This document shows, piece by piece, positions 28,410 through 35,958 of a stretch of DNA of 47,467 nt. The DNA is from an uncultured Paracraurococcus sp. (GTDB lineage Bacteria; Pseudomonadota; Alphaproteobacteria; Acetobacterales; Acetobacteraceae). The notes beneath the pieces were generated by a model. That model had not been told where the DNA came from and made no database searches. It saw only the letters and a program-made list of their open reading frames with translations. Each line of letters opens with the position of its first letter. The first letter of the stretch is position 1. Where the stretch lies: NCBI GenBank assembly GCA_903896535.1, contig CAITYE010000400.1:1-47467 (forward strand). The letters are read 5' to 3'. A program made the position numbers and the translations under genes.

Positions 28410-29462
28410 ATGCGGGCGGAACTTGAGATCGACTGCGGCGCCATCGCGGCCAATTGGGAGGGGCTGAGAGGTCGCGCCGCGCCCGGCGCTTGTGGCGCCG
28501 CGATCAAGGCGGACGCCTATGGGTTAGGTGCCGCGCCGGTCGGCCGGGCGCTGCTCGCCGCTGGTTGCCGGCATTTCTTTGTGGCGCATCTGGACGAAGG
28601 GCTGGTGCTGCGGGCGGCGCTGGGGGCGGCACCGATGATCGCTGTCCTCAACGGCTTCGCCCCGGGCGCGGATGGCCCGGCGGCGTTGACCCCGGTGCTG
28701 AACCATCTGGGCGATCTGGAGGTTTGGGCCGGGCGCGGGCAGCCGGCGATCCTGCATGTCGATACCGGCATGGCCCGGCTCGGCCTTGATGCGGCCGAGG
28801 TCGCGGTATTGCGCGATGATCCGTCGCTGCTCTGCCGCGTTCCGCTGCGTTATGTGATGACGCATCTGGCCTGTGCCGATACGCCGGAGCATCCGCTGAA
28901 CGCGATCCAGCTGGCCCGGTTCACAGCGATCCGGGCGGCGCTGCCGACGCTGCCCGCCAGCCTGGCCAATTCCTCCGGCCTCTTCCTCGGCCCGGCCTTC
29001 GCCTCCGATCTCGCCCGGCCGGGCTGTGCGCTTTATGGCCTGAACCCGACGCCGGGCCAGCCCAACCCGATGCGCCCGGTGGTCAGGCTGACCGCACCGA
29101 TTCTGCAACTTCGGGAAATTCCTGCCGGCGCCAGCGTCGGCTATGGCGCTAGCTGGACCGCCCTGCGGCCCAGTCGGATCGCCACCGTTGCGGCTGGCTA
29201 TGCCGATGGCTACTTACGCAGTCTCTCAGGGCAGTCTTTCGGCAGGCTCGCCGGCAGGCCGGTGCCCCTGGTTGGCCGGGTATCGATGGATCTGCTCACC
29301 TTCGACGTCACGGATGCGCCGCCGCCCGCCCCGGGCGCCGCGATAGAGCTGATCGGCGCGGACAACACGCCCGACGAGATCGCCGCGCATGCCGGAACGA
29401 TTGGCTACGAAGTCCTGACGGCACTGGGGACGCGCTATGCCCGCGTTCATCACGGCGGCTGA
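28410..29462 (+). CDS. alr: Alanine racemase
   Basis: 350 aa with the PLP-lysine motif IKADAYGLG and the C-terminal region SMDLLTFDVT.... Confidence 0.9.
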   Translation: MRAELEIDCGAIAANWEGLRGRAAPGACGAAIKADAYGLGAAPVGRALLAAGCRHFFVAHLDEGLVLRAALGAAPMIAVLNGFAPGADGPAALTPVLNHLGDLEVWAGRGQPAILHVDTGMARLGLDAAEVAVLRDDPSLLCRVPLRYVMTHLACADTPEHPLNAIQLARFTAIRAALPTLPASLANSSGLFLGPAFASDLARPGCALYGLNPTPGQPNPMRPVVRLTAPILQLREIPAGASVGYGASWTALRPSRIATVAAGYADGYLRSLSGQSFGRLAGRPVPLVGRVSMDLLTFDVTDAPPPAPGAAIELIGADNTPDEIAAHAGTIGYEVLTALGTRYARVHHGG

Positions 29463-30250
29463 TGGCGGCCATCCTGCTCGACCCGCTGGCCGCCCTTGGC
29501 CGCACCGTCCTCGGCGGCTGCCGCAGCGTTGGCGATGTCGCACTCTTCGCACTTGAGGGCGCGAGCCATCTGTTGCGCCCGCCCTTCTACGGCCGCCGCT
29601 TGCTACGCGCTTTCGTCGAGATCGCCTGGTTCTCCCTGCCCGTGGTCGCGCTGACCGCGATCTTCACCGGCATGGTGCTGGCCCTGCAGAGCTATACCGG
29701 CTTCGCCCGCTTCAATGCGCAATCGGCCATCGCCAGCGTCGTCGTCATCTCCATCACCCGTGAGCTCGGGCCGGTGCTCGCGGCGCTGATGGTTGCTGGG
29801 CGGATCGGGGCGAGCTTCGCCGCCGAGATCGGTACCATGCGCGTGACCGACCAGATCGACGCGCTCACGACCCTGTCGACCCACCCGATGAAGTACCTGG
29901 TGGCACCGCGCCTGCTGGCGGCAGTGATCGCCCTGCCGCTACTGGTGCTCGTTGCCGATATCCTCGGCGTCATGGGTGGCTGGATCATCGCCACCTTCAA
30001 GCTCGGCTTCGTCTCCGAGGCTTATTTGAAGGCCAGCTTCGACTTCCTGGAGACCGACGACGTCGTCTCCGGCCTAGTCAAGGCGGCGGTCTTCGGCTTC
30101 GTCATCGCCTTGATGGGAACCTGGTGTGGCTATCGCAGCCGCGGGGGGGCGGAAGGGGTGGGGGCGGCGACCACGGCGGCCGTCGTCGCCTCCTCGATCC
30201 TCATCCTGGCGCTCGACTATGTATTGACCGAGGCGTTCTTCGCCCGATGA
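29462..30250 (+). CDS. mlaE: MlaE-type ABC transporter permease
   Basis: 262 aa with MlaE/Ttg2B-like motifs (ITRELGPVLAALMVAGRIGASFAAEIGTMRVTDQIDAL). Its start overlaps the alr stop by 1 nt (TGATG). Confidence 0.85.
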   Translation: MAAILLDPLAALGRTVLGGCRSVGDVALFALEGASHLLRPPFYGRRLLRAFVEIAWFSLPVVALTAIFTGMVLALQSYTGFARFNAQSAIASVVVISITRELGPVLAALMVAGRIGASFAAEIGTMRVTDQIDALTTLSTHPMKYLVAPRLLAAVIALPLLVLVADILGVMGGWIIATFKLGFVSEAYLKASFDFLETDDVVSGLVKAAVFGFVIALMGTWCGYRSRGGAEGVGAATTAAVVASSILILALDYVLTEAFFAR

Positions 30251-31023
30251 GCGGCGGCGTCCCGAAGCTCCGGCTGCGCGGTCTGCGCAAAGCCTTCGGG
30301 GCAAAGCAGGTGCTGGACGGGGTCGATCTGGAGGTCGCGGCGGGACATTCCCTGGTCATCCTCGGCGGCTCCGGCAGCGGTAAGTCGGTGACGATCAAAT
30401 GCGTGCTCGGCCTGATCGAGCCCGATGCGGGAACCATTGAGATCGACGGGCGCGACCTGCTGCGGATGCCGCGGCGCGAGCGCGAGGCCATTGGCGATCG
30501 CATCGGCATGTTGTTCCAGAACGGTGCGCTGTTCGACAGCCTGCCGGTCTGGGAGAATGTCTGCTTCAAGCTGCTGGCCCAGAAGCGGATCGACCGCCGC
30601 CGCGCCCGCGACAAGGCGGCCGAGGTGCTGGCCCAGGTCGGTCTCGCTGCCTCGGTCGGTGATCTCTCCCCGGCAGAGCTCTCGGGCGGCATGCAGAAAC
30701 GCGTGGCACTGGCCCGCACCATTGCCGCTGAGCCCGACCTGATCTTTTTCGATGAGCCCACCACCGGCCTCGACCCCATTATGGGCGCGGTGATCGATGG
30801 CCTGATCGTCGATTGCGTGCAACGGCTGGGGGCGACCGCGGTCTCGATCACCCATGACATGGCGAGCGCCCGGCGGATCGGCGATACGGCGGCCATGCTC
30901 TACGCTGGCCGCCTGGTCTGGAGCGGGCCGGCGGCGAGCCTCGGGCAGAGCGGCAATGCCATGGTCGACCAGTTCGCTCGCGGTGAGCGCGAGGGGCCGA
31001 TTAAGATGGAGTTGCGGCGCTAG
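30247..31023 (+). CDS. mlaF: MlaF-type ABC transporter ATP-binding protein
   Basis: Walker A GGSGSGKS, signature LSGGMQKR, Walker B IFFDEPT. An ATGA overlap links it to mlaE. The TAG stop lies inside repeat copy B. Confidence 0.88.
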   Translation: MSGGVPKLRLRGLRKAFGAKQVLDGVDLEVAAGHSLVILGGSGSGKSVTIKCVLGLIEPDAGTIEIDGRDLLRMPRREREAIGDRIGMLFQNGALFDSLPVWENVCFKLLAQKRIDRRRARDKAAEVLAQVGLAASVGDLSPAELSGGMQKRVALARTIAAEPDLIFFDEPTTGLDPIMGAVIDGLIVDCVQRLGATAVSITHDMASARRIGDTAAMLYAGRLVWSGPAASLGQSGNAMVDQFARGEREGPIKMELRR

Positions 31024-31127
31024 AGCGCGATGCGTTGAGGCGGAATCGCCGAAGGCGCTGAATCTCGCGATCCAACACATGCTAGAGCGGGCTGCGTTCA
31101 GGCGGAATCGTCTGAGCGCGGCTCTTG
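31020..31127 (+). repeat. CTAG-bounded mosaic repeat, copy B (chimeric)
   Basis: The first 78 nt match copy A at 77/78. The sequence then switches to a different hairpin module (gcgttcag-gcggaatcgt-ctgagcgc) related to E1. Confidence 0.85.
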
Positions 31128-31230
31128 CCCAAAAAACATTGACTCTGGGTCAGCCTCTGGGTGCGTGACCGCCCTTGACCCGGCTGGCGCCCGCGCGGCT
31201 TACTTGGGTTCGTTGCCGGAGGATCGTCCC

Positions 31231-32118
31231 ATGGCCCTGCACCTCTCGCCCTTGCACCCGTTATTCGCCGCAGAAGTGCGGGGGATCGACCTGCGTCAGA
31301 CGCCAGACGCGGCGGGCTGCGCCGAGATTCATCGGGCGATGGACCGCTATGCGGTCCTCGTCTTCCGCGACCAGCGGCTGGATGACGACCAGCAGATGGG
31401 CTTCGGCGCGGCGCTCGGCCCGCTGGAGCAGACCCGCGGCGTGGTAGATGCGCATAAGCATCGCCTGAAGCACCACAACATGGCTGATATCTCGAACATC
31501 GATGTCGACGGCAATCTCCTCGCGGCCGATGACCGACGGCGGATGTTCAATCTTGGCAACCAGCTGTGGCATTCCGATAGCAGCTTCAAAGCGACGCCGG
31601 CGCTGTATTCAATGCTGCACGCGCGGCTAATCCCGCCTGAGGGGGGCGAGACCGAGTTCGCCGATATGCGGGCCGCCTGGGATGCGCTGCCGCAGCGCCT
31701 GAAGGATGAGGTGAAGGACCTGGTCACCGAGCACTCGCTGCTCTTCTCCCGCGGCAAGCTGGGCTTCGCGGACTATACGGACCAGGAAAGACAGGATTTC
31801 GCCCCGGTGCAGCAGCGCCTCGTGCGCTGGCATCCGGGCTCGGGGCGTCACTCGATCTATCTCTCCTCCCACATCGGCACGATCCTGGGCTGGCCGACGC
31901 CCGAGGCGATGGCGTTGATCCGCTGGCTGGAGGAGTTCGCGACCCAGCGGCCCTTCGTCTACACGCATCACTGGCGCCAGCACGATCTGGTGATCTGGGA
32001 CAATCGCAGCACCATGCACCGCGCCCGGCCCTACGCGGACAAGACCTTCGCGCGCGACATGCGCCGGGTGACGCTGACTGATGTGGCGCCAACGCTGGCG
32101 CAGCGGATGGCTGCCTGA
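31231..32118 (+). CDS. TauD/TfdA family alpha-ketoglutarate-dependent dioxygenase
   Basis: The ATG at 31231 follows GGAGGA. Carries the HxD iron motif (WHSDSSF) and TfdA-like regions (GGETEFADMRAAWDALP, WDNRSTMHRA). Confidence 0.85.
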   Translation: MALHLSPLHPLFAAEVRGIDLRQTPDAAGCAEIHRAMDRYAVLVFRDQRLDDDQQMGFGAALGPLEQTRGVVDAHKHRLKHHNMADISNIDVDGNLLAADDRRRMFNLGNQLWHSDSSFKATPALYSMLHARLIPPEGGETEFADMRAAWDALPQRLKDEVKDLVTEHSLLFSRGKLGFADYTDQERQDFAPVQQRLVRWHPGSGRHSIYLSSHIGTILGWPTPEAMALIRWLEEFATQRPFVYTHHWRQHDLVIWDNRSTMHRARPYADKTFARDMRRVTLTDVAPTLAQRMAA

Positions 32119-32140
32119 TCAGTCGACGGCAGCGCCGTGC

Positions 32141-33115
32141 CTAATGCAGACGCGGCGCCTTGAGGAAACTGCGCCGGTCGATGGAGGCGATCGTTGTTTC
32201 CCGCTTGCCAGCTTCACCGCTGAGCGTCAGGCGCATCTTGGTGCCGGCCGAGCCCGCAGCCCAGACCGCGCGCCATAGGCCGGCAAGATCGGTGACCACG
32301 GTCCCCTCGACCGAGAGGATGCGATCGCCCTCCCTCACCCCTGCCTTCTCAGCGGGGCCCCGGCGCGCCGTGGAACTGACCACCAAGCCCTCATCATCCT
32401 CGGTCGCATAGACGCCAAGCCATGGGCGTGCAGGCTTGTTCGGCCGCCCGAAGGCCAGCAGATCGGCCAAGCTCGCGGCCAGGAGACGGCTGGGCACCAC
32501 CATGTTCAGATCGACCCGCCGGCCGCGCCCATCCTGCTGCTGCATGACCAGGGAGCCAATGCCAAGCAGCTTGCCTTGCCCGCCGATCAGCCCGGCACCA
32601 CCCCAGGAGGGGTGAGCCGGCGCGGTGTAGATCGCCTCCTCCAGCATATACTCCCAGTAGCCGGCGAATTCCTGGCGTGCGGCGATGGTGCAACGCAGCG
32701 CATGCCGGCGGCCGCCGGCCGAGGCCAGCACGCAGGTATCGCCGGGGCGGGGCGCATCGCCTTCCTCGATCGGCAGGGCCGGGAGGTCGAGCTTGCCGAG
32801 CGCCTGGATCAGCCCGAAGCCGGTCTCAAAATCATAGGCCAGGGCATGGCCAGGGATGGCGCGCCCGTCATGGGTGGTGAGCCAGATGGTCTCCGCCTCG
32901 GTCACCAGGTAGCCGATAGTGGCGATCAGCCCGTCCTGGCGGATGACCACACCGCTGCCCAGGCGCTCCGTCCCCAGGGTCTGGGCGGTGAAGGCATCGG
33001 GCGGCACCAGCGCCTTGACGCCCACCACAGAACGCAGGGCGAGATCGAGGTCGAACTCGACCTCTGTCGGCTCGGGCTGCAACTCCGCGGGAATTTCCCA
33101 ATCGCTCTCGGGCAT
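32141..33115 (-). CDS. DegP/S1C-like trypsin-fold protein with C-terminal PDZ domain, no signal peptide
   Basis: 324 aa from the ATG at 33115. GSGVVI...LIQ... architecture plus a PDZ-like region (GLVVSSTARRGPAEKAGVREGDRILSVEG). The active-site motif is non-canonical (see findings). Confidence 0.75.
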   Translation of the reverse strand: MPESDWEIPAELQPEPTEVEFDLDLALRSVVGVKALVPPDAFTAQTLGTERLGSGVVIRQDGLIATIGYLVTEAETIWLTTHDGRAIPGHALAYDFETGFGLIQALGKLDLPALPIEEGDAPRPGDTCVLASAGGRRHALRCTIAARQEFAGYWEYMLEEAIYTAPAHPSWGGAGLIGGQGKLLGIGSLVMQQQDGRGRRVDLNMVVPSRLLAASLADLLAFGRPNKPARPWLGVYATEDDEGLVVSSTARRGPAEKAGVREGDRILSVEGTVVTDLAGLWRAVWAAGSAGTKMRLTLSGEAGKRETTIASIDRRSFLKAPRLH

Positions 33116-33230
33116 GCGGCGGTTCCGTCCCTCCCTTGCTAACGTCACTGCCCGACATATCGGGTCGAGACAAGACCCTGCCAATACGTAAGCCTGCGGC
33201 AGGCAGCACTGGCAGGGTGGGGAGAGGGCA

Positions 33231-33866
33231 ATGATGGGGCCGGTGGTGATTTATGGCGCGGGGGGGCACGGGCGGGCCATCATCGAACTGTTACGAGCGA
33301 TCCCCGGGCAGGCCATCGCCGGCATAGTAGATGCGGCGCCCCCGGGCCCGGCGATGCTGGGCGTGCCGGTGCTGGGGGATGATGCCGCGCTGTCCGGGCT
33401 GCGGGCATCCGGGGTGGTGGCCGCGGTGGTGGCGGTGGGTGATGCCGCAGCGCGGCGGGCGATCGCCGCCCGACTGACGGCGCAGGGCTTCGCACTGCCC
33501 GTCCTCGTGCATCCGGCGGCCCTGGTGGCACAAAGCGCAGCGCTGGCCGAGGGCACGGTGGTGCTGCCCCGGGCGGTCATTGGCGCCGCGGCGCGGATTG
33601 GCCGGCTCTGCATCGTCAATACCGGCGCGATCATCGAGCATGACGCCGTGTTGGGGGAGGCGGTGCATGTCGGCCCGGGGGCGGTGCTGCCCGGCGGGGT
33701 CACGGTTAGTGATGCGGCGGTGATCGGCGCCGGGGCGGCCTGTCGGCCCTATGTGCGGATCGGTGCCGGGGCGGTGATCGGGGTCGGCGCGGCGGTCATC
33801 GCCGATGTGCCGGCGGGAGCGCGCATGGCTGGGGTGCCGGCCAGGCCATTGGCGGCGGAAGGGTGA
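33231..33866 (+). CDS. NeuD/PglD-family sugar O-acyltransferase (hexapeptide repeat)
   Basis: Rossmann-like N-terminus VVIYGAGGHGRAIIELL followed by left-handed beta-helix hexapeptide repeats. Confidence 0.8.
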   Translation: MMGPVVIYGAGGHGRAIIELLRAIPGQAIAGIVDAAPPGPAMLGVPVLGDDAALSGLRASGVVAAVVAVGDAAARRAIAARLTAQGFALPVLVHPAALVAQSAALAEGTVVLPRAVIGAAARIGRLCIVNTGAIIEHDAVLGEAVHVGPGAVLPGGVTVSDAAVIGAGAACRPYVRIGAGAVIGVGAAVIADVPAGARMAGVPARPLAAEG

Positions 33867-33888
33867 GGCAAACTATCGGCCCCTCCGC

Positions 33889-33981
33889 CTGCTCTAGAAT
33901 CAATATTTTCGAGCAGAAGCGATCCGATCAGGTAGGCCCACCTGATCGGATATTGCCTTAGAGCGGGATGCGTTGAGGCGG
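33889..33981. repeat. Degenerate member of the CTAGAGC hairpin repeat family, copy D
   Basis: Contains gctctag (33891-33897), a perfect 12-bp hairpin atccgatcaggt-aggccc-acctgatcggat (33922-33951), and then cttagagcgggatgcgttgaggcgg, which resembles the left end of copy A. Confidence 0.7.
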
Positions 33982-33982
33982 C

Positions 33983-34351
33983 CTATTTCCTGGCCTTGCG
34001 GGCGGCGTAGCGGGCGTCCCGCTTGGCCTTTTGTTCGGCCAGCAGCGCCATGGCGCGTTCCTTCGCCTCCTGCTCGGCCTGCAGTTTGCGCTGCCGTTCC
34101 GTCTTCTCGGCGGCGACTCGCGCCTCCTCGGCCGCCTTCTTTTCAACGGCCAGGCGGGCCTTCTCGGCTTCCTTGGCCACTCGGCGTTCGGCTTCGCGGG
34201 CGTCCCGTGCCTCGGCCAGCGCCTTGAGCTCAGTCTGTTTCGCCTCCCAGGCCGGGTCGCCCGGGCCGGAACGCGACTTGAACCGATCAAGCATCGCCTG
34301 CCGCGCCTTCGCCGAGGCGGTGGCCCTTTCTTCTGGAGTGTCTCGCTTCAT
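33983..34351 (-). CDS. Small K/E/A/R-rich coiled-coil protein (DUF6481-like)
   Basis: 122 aa (MKRDTPEERATASAKARQAMLDRFKSR...AAEEARVAAEKTERQRKLQAEQEAKERA...). Codon bias is genome-typical. The family name is from memory. Confidence 0.65.
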   Translation of the reverse strand: MKRDTPEERATASAKARQAMLDRFKSRSGPGDPAWEAKQTELKALAEARDAREAERRVAKEAEKARLAVEKKAAEEARVAAEKTERQRKLQAEQEAKERAMALLAEQKAKRDARYAARKARK

Positions 34352-34384
34352 ACGCGGCGATTTACCCCCTTGTGGGGCCGCCGG

Positions 34385-35347
34385 CTACCCCTCTGCCGAG
34401 AGGTTCAACTGCGCGGTGATCTCGGTCCATTGCCGGAGGTTCAGCTCGACATGGGCACGGAAGGCCGCCGGATCGAGATAGGCGGGCAGGGTCTCCACCT
34501 GCTCCAGCCGGCGGATGGTCTCGGGCTTTTGAGCCATGGCGCGGAAGGCCTCATCCAGCCGGGCCAGCATTGGCGCCGGGGTCTTCACCGGGGCCATCAG
34601 TCCAGAGAAGCCCTCGAAGGCGAAGCGGTCGGAAAAACCGAGTTCGCGCAGCAGTGGCACATCGCCGAGCGAAGCGATGCGCCGGGTCCCGGCGCTGGCC
34701 AGCGGGCGGGCGCGGCGGGCTTTCATCATCTCCCCCGCCGCGGCCATGGAATGGAAACCGCCATGCACCGAGCCCGACAGAATATCCTGCAGCATCGGCG
34801 TCTCGCCGCGATAGGAGACCTGCTCGGCCTGCAGCCCGGCTTCCTGGGCCAGCATCAGGCCAAAGGCGTGGCCCGTACTGCCGGGCGCGTAATTGGCGAA
34901 GCTGAGGTCGCGACCCTTGGCCCAGGGCTGGAAGGCGGCCCAGGTGGTGATCTCGACCGGCACCTTCGGCCCGACGCAGAAGGTGGTGTTGGACGTACCC
35001 AGCCGTCCGATGAAGGCGAAATCCTCGACCGGCGCATAGGGGAAGCGCTTCAGCACCACCGGCGTCTGCACATGCGTGGTGATGGTGAACAGCAGCGTAT
35101 AGCCATCCGGCGCCGCCTTGGCCGCCACTTCGGTGCCGAGCAGCCCACCAGCACCGCCGCGATTCTCGATGATGATCGGCTGGCCGAGTTCGCCCTGCAT
35201 GCCATCCGCGGCGATCCGCGCCCAGGTATCGGTGCCGCCACCGGGCGGGAAGGGTACGATAAAGCGGATCGGCCGGTCCGGATAAGCTTGGGCCCAAGCG
35301 AGCGAGGGCACGGTGAGGAGGCTGGACACAAGGGCACGACGGCGCAT
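34385..35347 (-). CDS. Bug family (TctC-like) substrate-binding protein, orphan
   Basis: Signal peptide MRRRALVSSLLTVPSLAWAQA followed by YPDRPIRFIVPFPPGGGTD. No tctAB genes adjacent. Confidence 0.85.
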   Translation of the reverse strand: MRRRALVSSLLTVPSLAWAQAYPDRPIRFIVPFPPGGGTDTWARIAADGMQGELGQPIIIENRGGAGGLLGTEVAAKAAPDGYTLLFTITTHVQTPVVLKRFPYAPVEDFAFIGRLGTSNTTFCVGPKVPVEITTWAAFQPWAKGRDLSFANYAPGSTGHAFGLMLAQEAGLQAEQVSYRGETPMLQDILSGSVHGGFHSMAAAGEMMKARRARPLASAGTRRIASLGDVPLLRELGFSDRFAFEGFSGLMAPVKTPAPMLARLDEAFRAMAQKPETIRRLEQVETLPAYLDPAAFRAHVELNLRQWTEITAQLNLSAEG

Positions 35348-35521
35348 CGGTGATCCTCCCAGGATGGAACCTTCGCGGGTCCTTTGGGGCGATGCTAACG
35401 CAGCCCGTGTGGGCGAGGCGAGCGTCGCATCTCATACCCGCAGTCAAATCCTTTGACCGCTGGTATTGATTTTTCCTGGACCTTAATCGCCGGGCGAAGC
35501 CGCCTAGTCTCCTTAGGCGCT

Positions 35522-35546
35522 CGGCACGAGGCAAAGCCTTGTGCCG
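35522..35546 (-). terminator. GC hairpin cggcacgaggc-aaa-gccttgtgccg directly after a small ORF stop
   Basis: An 11-bp stem, near-identical in sequence and flanks to the hairpin after ilvC (42509-42533). Confidence 0.4.
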
Positions 35547-35552
35547 CTGGTC

Positions 35553-35702
35553 TCAGCCCGCACCCGAGAGGTCCATGCGCTCCAGCAGTCCCGACCAGAA
35601 GTTGAGGTAGGCGGCGACATCAGCCTTGAGTTCCGTCGGCGGGAGAGAAAGCGTGAGGGTATCGATCTCGGCCCTTCGTTGCAGCACCTCCGGCCGGGTC
35701 AT
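35553..35702 (-). CDS. Possible 49-aa small protein (below ORF-track cutoff)
   Basis: Hand-translated as MTRPEVLQRRAEIDTLTLSLPPTELKADVAAYLNFWSGLLERMDLSGAG. Codons mostly end in G/C, and the stop is followed by a hairpin. I see no SD and recognise no family. Confidence 0.25.
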   Translation of the reverse strand: MTRPEVLQRRAEIDTLTLSLPPTELKADVAAYLNFWSGLLERMDLSGAG

Positions 35703-35958
35703 GGCGTGGCGGAGGGCCGCAGCGGAGCGGCAGCCAGGGCAAGCAGGACACCGCGGCGCATCCGGTCGCGCTTCTGGAAAGAGTGTCCGGGGGAAAGCGA
35801 CGGAGCCGGATCAGCCGCTCGAGTCAGGCCATCTTCCCCGATATTCAGCAGATTTTAGGATGCGGAGCCTAGATTCGTTAGGCATGCGGCTTGCTCTGCC
35901 CCCCTGCGTCCACCCTTCCCGACCGCGCCGTTTAGGTCCGAGTCCGGGGACGGCGCTT

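Noticed and set aside
35541-35858. A 105-aa plus-strand ORF in the Bug/sugar-transferase spacer, and the long N-terminal extension of the sugar-transferase ORF (TTG at 35626).
   Set aside because: The translations are Arg/Ser/Gly-rich and motif-free. The transferase's first TM helix begins at the ATG at 35959. The opposite-strand 49-aa ORF has better codon bias.
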